DNA from: Octopus sinensis
Lineage: Eukaryota
Direction: 5' to 3'
DNA length: 64,000 nt
Assembly: GCF_006345805.1 (NCBI RefSeq)
Contig: NC_043011.1
Coordinates: forward strand, 36,034,464 to 36,098,463
Shown here: piece after piece, positions 12,185-26,600 of the stretch
How the letters are laid out: the number at the start of each line of letters is the position of its first letter
Position numbering within the stretch: the first letter of the stretch is position 1
Translations under genes and position numbers: made by a program
Notes under the pieces: model-generated
What the model was told of the DNA's origin: nothing
Databases searched by the model: none
What the model saw: only the letters and a program-made list of their open reading frames with translations

Positions 12185-12368
12185 CTTGTTTCAGTCAGTT
12201 GACTGCAACCATACTGGAGCACCACATTTAGTCGAACAAATCGACTCCAGGACTTAGTCTTTGTAAGCCTAATACTTATCGGTTTCTTCTGCCGAACCGC
12301 TACGTTTTGAGGACGTAAACACATCAACATCGATGTCAGGTGATGGTAGGTGAGGGGACAAACAGAGA
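12185..12368 (-). mobile_element. Family-A SINE tail
   Basis: Reverse complement of the family-A tail, followed by a long microsatellite. Confidence 0.8.
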
Positions 12369-12384
12369 GGCACTAATACATGCA

Positions 12385-12403
12385 TACATGCATACATATG
12401 CAT

Positions 12404-12473
<70 letters not shown>

Positions 12474-12538
12474 ATATATATGTATGTATATATATATGTA
12501 TGTATATATATATATGTATGTATATATATATATGTATG

Positions 12539-12571
<33 letters not shown>

Positions 12572-12660
12572 GTATGTGTATATATATATGTATATATATA
12601 TATATATATGTATGTATATATATATGTATGTATATATATATGTGTGTATATGTATATGTT
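12385..12660. repeat. Compound (TA)n/(TATG)n microsatellite
   Basis: Seen directly; source of spurious YI-rich ORFs. Confidence 0.97.
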
Positions 12661-13984
12661 TATAACACTTATAGTTCATTGTTGTACTATTCAAAACATT
12701 ATTTTTTACAAACGATATACAATGCTTCAAGCGAACTACAACACTCTCCTAAGATATACTCTGGTCGAAGGAGAAGAATTAAGCTGTATCAAAAGTAAAA
12801 TAATAACTAATAGGAGAATATGAGTAGTATGAACATCGAATAAGAACACTCCATCATATCACCAAGAATTTAACAATGAGTTGGGTTCGAAATAATGAGT
12901 TAAGAAACGGTGTAAAAAACAATCACAAGGCAGTTGAGGTTTCTTAGATAAAATTTCATACTTTGGTGTTTGTTAGAAATGTAAGTATTGGCTTAAAAGC
13001 TATCCTACGTATTGTTTCTGGACTGTGTGAAGATCCATTTGTATTACTGACGTAAATGTTACTGAAAAGCTATAGTCGGTAGTGTTTTCGTTGATGTTAT
13101 TTCTTGCTCTCATTAACCTAATCCGAAGCGCCAAGAAAATTTGCTCGAATATGGTAGAACTAGAAGCGAAATTAAATCTTTCTCAAACTGTACTACTGCG
13201 TTTTATAGAAAGGAAGGACGCTACTTATATAAAGTAATCTTAGGTCATCCTGTTCGCAAAACTCCTGGAGACCATGAGTTTAGTTGAAACCTTGTTGGGC
13301 AGACTTTTCAAAACACGAAGTCTGTAACAAAATTAAAATAAAAGGAAACACTGGTTTTTAAAAAATTGGAGTGGCAGTCACTGTTCTAAATAACCTACCA
13401 CGATAACTGGATAGCCATGACTAAAACGCTTTTGGTTATGGGCGTGTTCCATCAGGGTTGATTTCGAAACCTTTTGGTTCCAGTAATTTGTAATGAGAAA
13501 AGTAAAAAAAGAATCTCACTGAACGGAGATGGTTTTGTGTAAGGAAAATTAGTTTTAACACCGTTACTTGCGGTGATCAAATTTTAAATCCCATTGTTAG
13601 CTGCATTCTTATGCATCGGTTGTGAAATGCATAAGAATGCAACAAAATAACAGTACTTTGTCACCTTTAAAAGAGCGAAGCACATAAAGCTGTTCGTGCA
13701 CATGTGTGTATTACTTTATGTGAGTGATCATTTACTAACAAAAAGTTGTTATTTCATGAAAAAAATCCAGCTAATAGCCAGTTACTCAACTATGTACTGG
13801 AGGCATGCATTTACAATTATCGTTCTTTACTCTTTCGGAAAAGATTATTAGTGAGGATGTCCAAACATTTAGAATAGCTGATAGTTAACGTGTTTTAGTT
13901 ATATAACTATACAATTCAAACAATTCTTTTTAATGTAGAAGTAACACCATATGACAAAAGTAGCAAATGTTCAGCGAAGGTGAC

Positions 13985-14022
<38 letters not shown>

Positions 14023-14819
14023 CGATGATGTTGACAACGACGACAACAACAGCAATGATGACAACATAAAAGAAGGTTGAAGCGAGGAGAATCAACACTA
14101 ACTTTATTTTAGATAAACTTTTTCGATTCTAAACAAAAGTCAAATCAGTTTACATCTAAAAGAAAAAAAAAGAATATGTCTTAAAAACTGCTATCATACA
14201 ACAAAGGAACAAATGCAATGGAATATAAGAAAAAGAATTATAACAACGACAGAAAAGAAAAAATTGTAAGAGGAAAGAGGATATTTCTCTTGCAGCATGA
14301 AAGAATAAAAGAATAAGAATGAACAGATGTGTGTTTGCGAAATAGGGAATATATTTTGTTGTTGGCGAATTCTTCATTTTTTTTTTTTTTTTGCTCTTTT
14401 ATAAAGTGAAGTGGTGGAGAGGGCGATTTTGCTAACCAAAACTTCACAGAAAAATTAGAGTTAGACAATCAGCTTTCCTGCAAATTCTACACAAAAAAAA
14501 AAGAGAAAAAGGAAAGAAGAAAAACACTTTTTTTTTTAAACACCTGCACCGTTTTCAGATTGAGCATCATGTTGTTTGTATCATAACTTACTATATGAAA
14601 GGGAGACAGAAAATAAAGCGAAAGGAAAAGAATCGAAGAAGAGAATAAAAGAATGCCAAAAATAACAATAAGAATGATTGCAAACAAATGCTTTTATGAA
14701 GTTATTTCACAGAGAAACAGATCCTATATTACATCTTGCCGAAAAGGAAAGAATTATTTGTTGCTTCGCTTCTTTGAATCTGCGTGTTTGTGAGGGAAAA
14801 AGGAATATAATGTACATAC

Positions 14820-14874
14820 GCATGTGTGTGTGCATTATATATATATACATATATATATATTTATATTATATATA

Positions 14875-14929
<55 letters not shown>

Positions 14930-15029
14930 ATATATTATATATATATATTATATATATATATATATTATATATATATATATACACACACATATATATATAT
15001 ATATATACACATATTTACATATATATATA

Positions 15030-15078
<49 letters not shown>

Positions 15079-15186
15079 TTACATATATATATATTTATAT
15101 ATATATATGTAAATATATATATGTATGTGTGTATATATATATATGTGTGTGTGTATGTATATATATATATATATAATATATATATA

Positions 15187-15222
<36 letters not shown>
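14820..15222. repeat. Compound (TA)n microsatellite
   Basis: Seen directly. Confidence 0.97.
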
Positions 15223-15225
<3 letters not shown>

Positions 15226-15683
15226 AAAGAGAGATGTGAGTGCAAGCAAAATAATAGTCGAAATAAAAGGTTGAGTTCATTACTGTCAGTTACATGGCCC
15301 TGGCACATGCCTTCTCTTCGTTGCTCACACTTTATTGTGTGACTTCACAAAAGACTAGAATCGTGAATCTTTCCTAAATAGCTCGGCTGTTTAGCTCACA
15401 TATATGACATCTATGAATTTGATGAATTCAAATACTGACAAATATTAAATGCACACAGAGAAGTGTAACCTGTTGCAATAACAGTTCAACAACACAACTG
15501 CAATACTTAAATATTAACCTCCAAAACTTACCAACTGACTGTGTCTCTGATTGATAGCTTGCAGTGTGGATCACTGAGGTGTTCTTTGTTAGATTCTGAC
15601 CATTTTCTAAAACTGTTTTATGTGTAATGTATTTTTCAACCGTTGGTCAGTGGTTGGCTTTTAGATAATTTTTGTGTCACTAT

Positions 15684-16314
15684 CAGGCTGTCCGGAAAGT
15701 TCTTAGCATTTTTTAAGCGCAATAAGGGATAAGAAATTTTAAACATACTCTCATAATGTTTAAATTTTTTTGCAAACCATCTTTGAACATTTGATTCACC
15801 TACAGAGTCTTCACCCTAAACTCTGCAAATGATTTTCTACGTTTCCGCAGCATTACAGTAATTCCTCGTCGTATTGTGGTTCACATATCGCGATTCACTT
15901 ATCGCGATTCACCTATCGCGGTTCACCTATCGCGGTTAATTATTTAAGCTTACGTCGATTTCTCTGTGGTGTTGTTATGCATTTATAATAAAATAAATAT
16001 ATACAAATCATTAAAAATAATGAAAAATATAATACAGTATAGTGCTGTTTCTATTTCGCGGATTTTAACCTATCGTGTGGGTTTGGAACGTAACACCCGC
16101 GATAGTCGAATATGCAGCTTTTAGTAATTCATTTCAAATCACAATCAGGGTTGAAAGGAGTAAAATATATACTGATTTTTAACGTGGAACTTACCTTTTA
16201 GGCTTCAATACTGCAAGCAATTCTGAAATAAAAGTCATACTATGAGTAGGATTGTTGCATGGAGGTCTTAAAAACACAAAGCCTGAAATCGTTTAGAACT
16301 TTCCGGACAACCTG
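15684..16314 (-). mobile_element. Internally deleted mariner element with a nested MITE
   Basis: TIRs CAGGCTGTCCGGAAAGTTCT (15684-15703) and AGAACTTTCCGGACAACCTG (16295-16314); minus-strand relic I-C-R-V-*-G-E-D-S-V-G-E-S-N-V-Q-R-W-F-A-K resembles the mariner N-terminal HTH. Confidence 0.8.
15856..16109. mobile_element. Tigger/pogo-type MITE, right TIR truncated
   Basis: TA then CAGTAATTCCTCG at the start; GGAACGTAACACCCGCGATAGTCGA at the end; about four internal 14-bp TTCACCTATCGCG repeats. Confidence 0.75.
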
Positions 16315-16399
16315 GCATTTTTACTGATTTAAATATTGCCAGTGATGAAAATAGTATGATATGCGAGGATATTTTTATACGCATTCTGATATTGTAAGC

Positions 16400-16670
16400 G
16401 GGACTCAGTTGAAGTTTGAACCGTAATTCTCAGATTTTCCTAGTCTAGAATCACAACTTAATAATGTTTCCATAAAAGGAAAAGAGTTTCGATAAAAGTT
16501 AGCAATGCCTCCGCGAATATGATTTGAGTAGCCAACACTAACAAGTTTATTTATCGCTTAGGCGACACGTACTCCTGCCAAATGGATTCTATAAACTTCT
16601 GTGCCGGCAGTTATCTACAGGGGAGCTAATTCAACTTAGACAGAGCTATTTCAAGATTTGTACGAGTCGA
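16400..16670. repeat. Old interspersed repeat shared with 28490-28790
   Basis: Both contain CATAAAAGGAAAAGAGTT, AATATGATTT, AATGGATTCTA and GAGCT(A/G)TTTCAAGATTTG. Confidence 0.55.
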
Positions 16671-17445
16671 GTCAAATGTTTTTCCTTGTCTGGTAGTATA
16701 GCATATCTTTCACATACTCTTTATTATATAGGCATTAACTAGTTGTGTCTGTCAGCGAATATTCAAAATATGCAATGATTCATATACCATGTACCACTTT
16801 CATAATATTTATTGACTGTACATCTGTAAACTCAGTGAAATGGGTTAATAAAATATTTGGAAACTCAGACGAATCATAATCTAATTATTTTCAAAACATT
16901 CTTCCTAACATTTAGAACATCTAAAGAAAATAAGACCACAAACTACACTAAAATATAATACTTGTTTGTCTTGAAAAAAATATAAAAAAAAGAAAAAACA
17001 TTACAAAAAAATTACTGATACTTGTCTAATATCAATGTTCTCTAATCGCTAGAATTGCAACAGTAGATTTGAGATGGTGAAACAATCCTATATTTTGGGG
17101 TTCAGGAATGGCCAAAATCCCAAACCTATCATAGCCGGACGTTTTACATCTGAGATTTCCATACTTCACACGTTAAATTTTCGTGACCACATTAAGTTTT
17201 ACTATCGAAACGAAATCGATGAATAATTAACTATCGTATCACGTGTCACTAGTCACATGTTTAAGTTTGTACAGAGATGTTACATCTAAGATAAACTTAA
17301 TAGTTAAGCATTCGTAAATGATGATAAGACACAGCCTTACATCAATGCCTTATATCCACGCTAACTAATCAGTGAATAGCTGTAACACTATACTGGGAAT
17401 GGTGAAACTACATATTTGGGACCGAGATAAAAAAAAAACCCACTA

Positions 17446-17618
17446 GGTGCAAGAGTGGCTGTGTGGTAAGTAGCTTGCTTCCCAACCACATAGTTCCGTG
17501 TTTAGTTTCACCGCGTGGCACTTTCGGCATGTGTCTTCCACGATAGCCTCGGGCCGACCAAAGTCTTGTGAGTGGATTTGGCAGACGGTTACTGAAAGAA
17601 ATACGTCGTGTATGTATA

Positions 17619-17675
<57 letters not shown>

Positions 17676-17883
17676 TTCTATTTGTCCCCCACCATTGCTT
17701 GACAACCGATGTTGTTGTGTTTATGTCCCCGTAACTTAGCGGTTCAGCAAAAGACACCGATAAAATAAATACTAAGCGTACAAAGAATGTGTCCTGGGGT
17801 CGATTTGTTTGACTAAAGGCGGTGCTCCAGCATGGCCGCAGTCAAATGACTGAAATAAGTAGAAGAGTAAAAAAGTAAAAGAG
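17446..17883 (+). mobile_element. Family-A SINE, full length
   Basis: Head, (TG)n, tail ending AGTAAAAGAG. Confidence 0.9.
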
Positions 17884-18680
17884 TTTACAAACATATGGTT
17901 CAGAGTTTTGATCCTTTTGAGTGTTATCTTACTCAAAAGAGTCCTAGCACAAATCTTGCAAGTTAAAAATGGAGAGGGACAACCTTTATGTAACAGCCTT
18001 TTAAATTGACTGTTTTGGACGGTAAACTTAATTGCTTGCTTGTTTCAACACGAAATGACATGTAGATGACAGCAGAATCCAATCTATCTGTGGCATACAT
18101 TCAAACCAAAACTAGAATCTGAAAATAGTTTGACATCTACTTTATACTGGCTTCGACCATTGAATGAAAGTTTCTCTCTAATTTTCTCAACACCAATCTC
18201 AGAGGCCCTACTAAAACACGACAGACGTTGTGCTAAGACTAAACTATAACAAAACATTTTAATTTATTATTAGTGGCAAAAGTTTAACAATCAATGACAT
18301 GATAATTTTGTAGCTGAAGCTAAAATTAAAACTAACACATCGAAAACTTTTTATGTACTATTTCTACCCTAGACAGCGAAAAGTGTCATTACAAAAGTTA
18401 TATATATATATTTGCTTATATTCCTGTCAGCAGTATGTTAAATAATATGTATAATACTTATGATAAATCTCAGAGCGAGTTATAAACAGTAGCGATAGAA
18501 GACACAGATAGTGTGTCTATAGCCAGCTGGAGGAGATATCTTCCTGGGGCTACAAACTACAGTAGCATCCACCCTTATGGGTAAGCCATATTCAAATGGC
18601 AAATATGCGTCACGATATAATACTTATTGTTTGTTGACAATACATTTTTTGATTTTGTGTATATTAACATTAATTATGAA

Positions 18681-18725
<45 letters not shown>

Positions 18726-18728
18726 ATA

Positions 18729-18769
<41 letters not shown>

Positions 18770-18869
18770 TCATTAAAACAATGATGTTACAAATTACTAT
18801 TTTCTTCGAAAATTCTATAATTTGCTTCAGTCAATTATGGTATAAACAACAGTTTTAATGTTAGAAGCA

Positions 18870-18923
<54 letters not shown>

Positions 18924-18939
18924 GTTATTATTATTATTT

Positions 18940-19311
18940 CATTGTCTTTGCACAGCTTCTAACGTTGGAGATGTACTACAGTGTCAGCTGTTCACTAGCA
19001 GTGAACTTCATACAGTAACACCCGTTATTTTTCGAGCACCTTCCGGAGTATTTGATCGGTTCCAAGCAGTGCTGTTTTCTGCAGCCCCCATTTGTTCCAC
19101 ATACTTCTCAAGATTTTTACTCACTGTTTCCAGGCCCCGACAATTATTGGTACTACAACCACCTTTTTCAGCGGCCTCAAATGCTTAACCTCCCAAGCTA
19201 ACCTGTTATATCTATCGACTTTTCTTTCTTCCTTATCGCATACCTTGCTGTCAGATGGGCATGCTATATCTATAATCCAGCATCGTTTACTTTCTTTCTC
19301 AATTAAGACTA

Positions 19312-19313
<2 letters not shown>
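18940..19313 (-). mobile_element. 5'-truncated R4/Dong-like non-LTR retrotransposon (RLE domain and 3'UTR) inside (TAA)n
   Basis: NIVLIEKESKRCWIIDIACPSDSKVCDKEERKVDRYNRLAWEVKHL...VVVVPIIVGA matches the restriction-like endonuclease C-terminus; (TAA)n on both sides. Confidence 0.85.
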
Positions 19314-19356
<43 letters not shown>

Positions 19357-19574
19357 TATTATTATTATTATTATTACTATTATTATTGTTGCTGTGGTTA
19401 TTATTATTTTTATTTGTATTATTATTATCGAGTTTCACAAAGCCGTTTATTCAAAAATGTGATTAATCATTTGAATGATCATCAAAACTCGGAGTAATAA
19501 AATAGAAAGTCTTCAGCATTTAATATAAAAACTCCAGTCATAAATATTCATCAACCATATAAATGCATACAAAC

Positions 19575-19643
<69 letters not shown>

Positions 19644-20879
19644 CGTTTAAAGAATATAACTTACACATTAGCAGCCCCAACATAGTTTATATGAGTTTGA
19701 AATAAAGATGTTTGCCACAAAACATTTACATTTGAAAGCACTTCACTCAAACATACACACAACTACATATATATGTATGAAAGCACATGCACGTATAAGC
19801 GCACGCGCACGCACATACACACACCTCACAAGCCAAGGAGGGATCATTTATGCTTACACTCGACCATCTAGGAACAAGAGCCAAATTACCTCTTTTTTTT
19901 GACGGTTCAGCCACTGGATTTCGACAATGCAAGGACAATGATTTCATACTTCACTCTACCACTTAAAAAGATAAGAAAATTGAGTTCTCTCTGCTGGAAA
20001 ATTTTTCGTCATACAACTGACTCAGAACTAAGCAATAATTACATTAAGACATGGATTCTCTTTGGTGTGTACTAAACTTTGATTTTAAAAAATATGAAAG
20101 GGAGTCAACGAAGGGGCTGTTATGGCTTTATTGAAGTGGAAAGAGATAGTAGTCAAATCTCCCTCATATCACACGACACTGGTTTGAAAACAGCGGGACA
20201 TTCTGGATAATGTACATTTAGATTTACTATGTATCTTAGTACTTGGAGTTTATGAGGGATGTGGATATAGGCCATCGGATAGAGCCTTCATTTACGGAAC
20301 TTGGCGCGTATAAGGTGCCCAGTCTTACTCGGAAATGGGCTGAGAGGAAGATGTCCATAAAAGATTTAGTGCAAGTGATTAACGTTCACATCAATTAGTT
20401 GATTTAGAACAACTTGACTGTTGTATTTCCTCTCTGGAGCGTAAGCAATTTTGCTTCCTGTGAAAGGATAGGTTCTCCTGATCTCTAAGCATATCTGCCA
20501 ATACTCACCGCAAGGAGAGTTTGGAGAGATTCTTGGGTGACGATGACGGTAAAAAGATAAGGTAACTTTTGGCATTTGGAATGCTGGCGGATGGTCATTG
20601 CACTCTACCAAGTGGTCCGTATGGCTGGTCGAAAGTCAACCTTTGCATTCCATAACAGTTTAGTAGAGGATCAGTGAAAATGGTCAAAGAGCAATAATTG
20701 ACATCAACGGAGACGAACTGAGTATTCTATTCTAGAGCACCAGCATGACCACGAAAATAACACTTTTTCCAGTATTACCTCCACTACCACATCTACTACT
20801 AGCAACAGTTGCGGCAACATTAAGAATACCGTTAATATAACGGCAACCAGGATACTTTCGTTAAAGGTACAAGAACTAC

Positions 20880-21440
20880 AGATCCATTTGAATTAAAGAT
20901 ATCTAAGAAATACATAAAAGCACATCCAAAAAGAGGCTTTAATCGAGTCATTCAAGGTTGTGGAAGAACCAAGAGGTGTACAAGGAAATACTGGTGTCTA
21001 GGCATGGAGAACTGGTAATTGAAAAATTTCCCATATGCTCGAGTGGAAGAATGTTAGGAAAGGGGCACTTAAATACGTCGATATGGAGCAATATTTCGAA
21101 ATTCATATCGTGGGGTAATGCCCTAGACAACACTACTGCTCCAGTGGGAAGTAAAGATTATATATACGGGTTGGTGGGTGAGAGAGATGAATGGTGGTGC
21201 ATGTTCTGCCAGAAATAGATAGCTGGTGGCATACATTGGTGAAGTTGGAAAAAATTATGCCAAGAAAACTAATCAAGAACAGTGATGTCATTCCAAATTC
21301 AAACCGAACCAGAACTCTTGGACCTGATTGAATTTCGAAGTAGCTATTTGTAGTGCTGGAGGGATGAATGATAAAGCGTGTACATGTGGGAGCATCAACC
21401 ACTTTGATACTTTCTGCACCCAACAGAAGAAAACCATTCA
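20880..21440 (+). mobile_element. Heavily decayed L1/Tx1-like ORF1 relic
   Basis: Stop-interrupted LYIRVGG...VLPEIDSWW resembles the 10872 ORF; C(-)TCGSINHFDTFC knuckle at about 21379-21417. Confidence 0.45.
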
Positions 21441-21766
21441 GCAACAAACCCCACAACTACAACCTCAAAATCATTTATAGTAACAGCAGTAGTAAAGCAG
21501 TAGAAGAATCCAGAAACACCAGCATGACCAATCGAAGATCTAAAGGAACCCTGCCACCTCATACATCAGTTACCAGAAACAAAAGCAACTTAGGTACATA
21601 CATTCCTCTGCTCCCTGTTCACCTTGTCTGTCTGCGTACACACGAATATTTTACAAATACTTCGAATTAGGAAAGAAAGCGACGGCCACGTAAGCCTGAA
21701 ATCGAGAATGTTTGAAAATGAAGAACAATAATCTGCACCCACTGAGACGTTAAGAAAATCACAGAA

Positions 21767-21832
<66 letters not shown>

Positions 21833-22554
21833 AATTAATAATACTGAAATAAATAAATGAAAACAAGCAGCAAACGCAACCACTACAAAATAAAAAAAAA
21901 TGTACCAGAAAAGCAAAAAAGTGAAGTATCACAAGAATTCCACCAAACATAAAACAGAAAGAAAAGTAAACAATAAAACCAATAAATACACTAACACAAC
22001 AAACACAAAAATCACTGTATAAAAAAAGAAAAAGTATAAAAAAAACAGCAATACCAAGAATGACTACTCTTTCATCTTCCAAATGCCACTCACAAGGTTA
22101 TACAGTAGAAGACAACACATACACAAGGTGTCGTGCAATGGAATTAAACCTAAAATCACCGGATAGCAAAGCAAACTTCTCCGCCAGATGTTTAAACAGT
22201 TTCCTATTTCATATAGTGAAAGGATGCAGTTCTACACGGAAACAATAGAGTAAATTTGTGAATATAAATTCCAGCTTCACATATACACACATTTTTACTG
22301 GAAACAACGACTCAGAAAATCCCTGCACGCACGTCAACATGGAAATTGTGTAAACTAATTGTTCCTCGTGTAAATTGAAATCATTTGAATTCGTTTGGTA
22401 ACGAAATGTTTTCTATTTACTAAACCCAGCAACTAATTTGCTTCAGTCGGAATATATCAATATTTTCGAAGCATGAATATATTTTTGAAGTTGTAACATT
22501 TTCTATGAAAACACACTAGAAGTTACGTTAGATCTTCAAAAACATAATTACTAG

Positions 22555-22625
22555 TATGGCTTTAATATATATATATATACGTATGTATGTATGTATGTAT
22601 GTATGTATGTATGTAGTATGTATGT

Positions 22626-22669
<44 letters not shown>

Positions 22670-22690
22670 ATGTATATCTATATATATATG

Positions 22691-22723
<33 letters not shown>

Positions 22724-22753
22724 GTATGTATATATATATATGTATATATATAA

Positions 22754-22810
<57 letters not shown>

Positions 22811-22815
22811 ATGTG

Positions 22816-22884
<69 letters not shown>

Positions 22885-22930
22885 ATATACATATATATAT
22901 GTGTATGTATTATATGTATATACATGTATA
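22555..22930. repeat. Compound (TATG)n/(TA)n microsatellite
   Basis: Seen directly. Confidence 0.97.
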
Positions 22931-23724
22931 CAAAATTTCTGTTCTTTAAGCTAACAACTTGGCTTAGAAATAACTCAATGCTAAATGAACATAATTGTTT
23001 ATTAAAAATCTATTCTGAATGATTCAAAATCAGTTCAAAACACAAAATTCTCGTGTGTACATCTAACTCAATACGTTCTCGATTGTAAACATAATTAAAT
23101 ATCCAAAACCTGAAGTGTTTATCAGTCGTAAAGTTTATTGAGAGCTGTTATAAAAGAAGAGATCAATTGGTGTATATAAAACTAACGAAGAAGAAAAATA
23201 TGAACTTCTTATATTTGATGTCATTAATATGGTGTAAATGTTTCAGAAATCTCAGTACCACTGCAATTATTTCAAAAGAACCAACTACATTAAAGATACA
23301 ACGTTGAAGTACACGAACTGCGTAATATATCGACACTGAAAGCTATGCTTTATTGAGGAGCTATATTAAAATTTAAACACACCCGGCGTTGTCTCCCATA
23401 TATCTCCAAATATGATTTAACATTGTCTTTTCTTCAGGGCATATTTATATTTAATTAGTTTGTTGATGTTCTCGGCATAAAACGTGCTAACACTCACAAC
23501 ATTATAACGGAGGTATTCCTTTTAGAAACAGCTCTATATTTCTATGCCAACCAGTATACGTTATAACGGTTACCACTACTACAAGAACGGTGAAGTCTGT
23601 TTTTCAATGAAGTAGTAATAAGACCAAACATGTCAAGAATTATCTCCCGTGCTTGGTGAAGTAATATGATATTGATTATTGAGTAATACTGTTTTTCATC
23701 TTTTTTTAACCTTTACTACACAAA

Positions 23725-24149
23725 GGCATAGGAGAAGCTGTGTGGTAAGTAGCTTGCTTCCCAACCACATGGTTCCGGGTTCAGTCCCACTGCGTAGCAA
23801 TTTGGGAAAGTGTCTTCTACTATAGCCTCGAGCCGACCAAAGCCTTTTGAGTGGATTTGGTAGACGGGAACTGAAAGAATCCCGTCGTATATATGTATAT
23901 ATATATATATATATGTACGTGTGTATGCGGATATATGTTTCTGTGTCTGTGTTTGTCCCCCAAGTTCGCTTGTCAACCGATGCTAGTGTGTTTACGTCCC
24001 CCTAACTTAGCGGTTCAGCAAAAGAAACCGATAGAATATGTACTAGGCTTACAAAGAATAAGTCCTGGGGTCAGTTTGTTCGGTTAAGGGGGGGAGCTCC
24101 AGCATGGCTAAAGTCAAAAGACTGAAACAAGTAAAAGAGTAAAGAGAGT
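23725..24149 (+). mobile_element. Family-A SINE, full length
   Basis: Head, microsatellite, tail. Confidence 0.9.
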
Positions 24150-24179
24150 AATTATTTCCAGTCGTTTTTTTTTATCATA

Positions 24180-25261
24180 TCTATAAAAAGGAGGATGTGT
24201 GTGCGTGTGTGAGTGTGTGTGTGTGTACGTGATTGTAATTTATGCACGTCCACAAATTTGCACGCATGTCGCTCAAATTTTAGGAGGACATTCGTCAACA
24301 TCCTATCTGGGTTTTGTCAACTTATTTTTTCCCCGAGGCACCCGCGGATAGGGTAAAAATCTATTTTCAACCATAGCTTTTAACCATAACAAATATCAGT
24401 CATTGCTTTTTGATGGCGTCTAACAAAAAAGATAAGATAAAGGAAAGTGGAAGAAGGAGGCAGAGAGTTTCACGGGAAAGACAAGTGAGAGAGAGAGAGA
24501 CAGAGAGTAAGGAACTACGTTCATAAAAACTAAAATGTAAAATTTGTTTTTTGTTTATGAATGGCACACTATATTTTATAATCATAGTATATATACTTTC
24601 TCACACAACAATTACAATATATTTATTTATTTTAAATCGTTCAGCTTTCTCCCCCCTCTCTCTCTCACATTACTTTGGGTGCGAAAAAGTTTTGTTTTTA
24701 TTTTACGCCGAGTAAAAAAGTGTTTTGTTGACAATCCATTTATTTAACAACAAAGAAACAAAGAGGTGGGTAACAATTTATCAGTGAATTACACAATATA
24801 AATGGGTACAATTTGCGATGCTTCCACCACACCACACCACACTCCGTTTCACGGACCACGGAAAGGGTTTTGAAGCCAGAGTAGTTGATTCCATGCAAAA
24901 AAAAAAAAACCATTTTTTTTCTTAGTGAAAATTGTGCGAGTGTTAATCTACAAATTTAACAACATTTTTTCCATTCATTTCTGTTTATGAACATGTATGC
25001 GTGCACAAAACATGCAATAGGTGTACGTACGTACGTGTGTGTATGTGTGTTCGTGTATGTTGCCCATATATATTTATATTATATTATATATATATATAAT
25101 ATATATAATATATATATATAATATATATATATAATATAACTAATTTCAACGGATTTCGCCCAAATTTGACGTCTATATTACTTAGTTTGGTTTGAAATAA
25201 AGAACTTGATTAGCTTAATAAACATAACTTAATCCTGGGCAAGGCCGGATTATACTGCTAG
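24180..25261 (+). mobile_element. Non-autonomous Helitron
   Basis: A|TC start at 24180, GC-rich subterminal hairpin at about 25233-25249, CTAG|T end at 25258-25262. Whether both ends belong to one element is inferred. Confidence 0.55.
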
Positions 25262-25435
25262 TATTCTCTAATAATGAAAACTTCAAGAAAACTTGGCTTA
25301 AGCGGTAAGATTATCTATTAGGTTAGCTACAATTGTTTAAGCCAATATGTCGATTTACATGTATATATACATGTTGATGTAGGTACGTACATATATGTAT
25401 GTATGTATGTATGTATGCATATATTTTATTTATTA

Positions 25436-25469
<34 letters not shown>

Positions 25470-25899
25470 CACGAAAAGAAAATTTTAAACATAGGAGACC
25501 AAGAAATGTGAAATGTTTCGTGCTTAGGGGAAAGAAAAATTAAAGGCCATGATTGCTTATTCATATCAATTTCCATTGAAAATTTTATACTTACATTTGG
25601 GAATTAAAGTACTTCAATAACAGCAAGAATTACTGCTTCAAGAATTTACTTTTTTAAACTCAAAAGTGTTGATATATTTTTGTAGGGATGTTAGTAATAG
25701 TCAAAAACAATTTAGTATTACCTCTCAGCACTAGATGTATAAGCATTGATACTTCGGTTACAACAACTGTAGATTATTGCTTCTTTAAAACATTTTGGCT
25801 TCATTAGAAGAATATTCAGTAGAAAAATCATTGCAACCCTAATTTGAAATCTTAACTCAAAGAAAGGTGCAAAAGTTCAGTCACCTCAGTCTACTAGGC

Positions 25900-26600
25900 T
25901 TTCAACAGGTACCTTCCATTTCATAGTTTGGTGACTCAAGATAGTAGGAAATACTTGTTCCAATGATCTGAAACCGTCCAAATTTGCAAAGAGACATCTC
26001 ACTCTTGCTGATAAGTAACACGGTACACTAAAGAATTCTCTGAAATCATAATATCACAAAATAGATCCTAATAAATTTGATATTACACACCTGAACTATG
26101 CAAGAAACCATTCATCTTTAAATTTGGTATATTCACTACTCAAGGCTAAATTCCCTTTATTCTGCTCTTTCAAAACACACACATATACAACTAAACCCTC
26201 CTGCTTACACATAGGCATGCACACCCTGACAGGCGCACACATCACACACACCGATTCCGCTGTTGCTATTCTTGTTGTGTATGTTTGACATTTCAGTCAA
26301 ACATTTACATCTTTTCTTCTCTACTTGGAAACTTTGTTCAGCCAAACTACTTTTCTATTTCCAGCCTCCTTTATTACCGTAGCTCTCTGGTAAGAGCTCA
26401 GTTCTCTTCCGCAGTAAAGGGCCTGAGCTCGAAGCATCAAAACTGACCTCTTGTTACGGACACACATTTATTTCAACTAGCACAGTTGCTCCCAGATTAT
26501 TACTGATGATGCGTACCACACTGGTTCCCTCCTCTTCTGTATTTTCTAAGATCACCGTGCGTCTGAGAATACTATAGATTTGTCCCTAGAAAGTTCTACT
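25900..26600 (+). mobile_element. Penelope-like element relic (GIY-YIG C-terminus and pLTR)
   Basis: FIFKFGIFTTQG(L)N at about 26110-26152 matches the PLE motif LIFxLGTLxPxGLN; decayed HHR scaffold at 26381-26444. Confidence 0.55.

Noticed and set aside
21678-21705. GGC-CACGTAA-GCC-TGAAA as hammerhead stem II
   Set aside because: No CUGANGA and no stem I.
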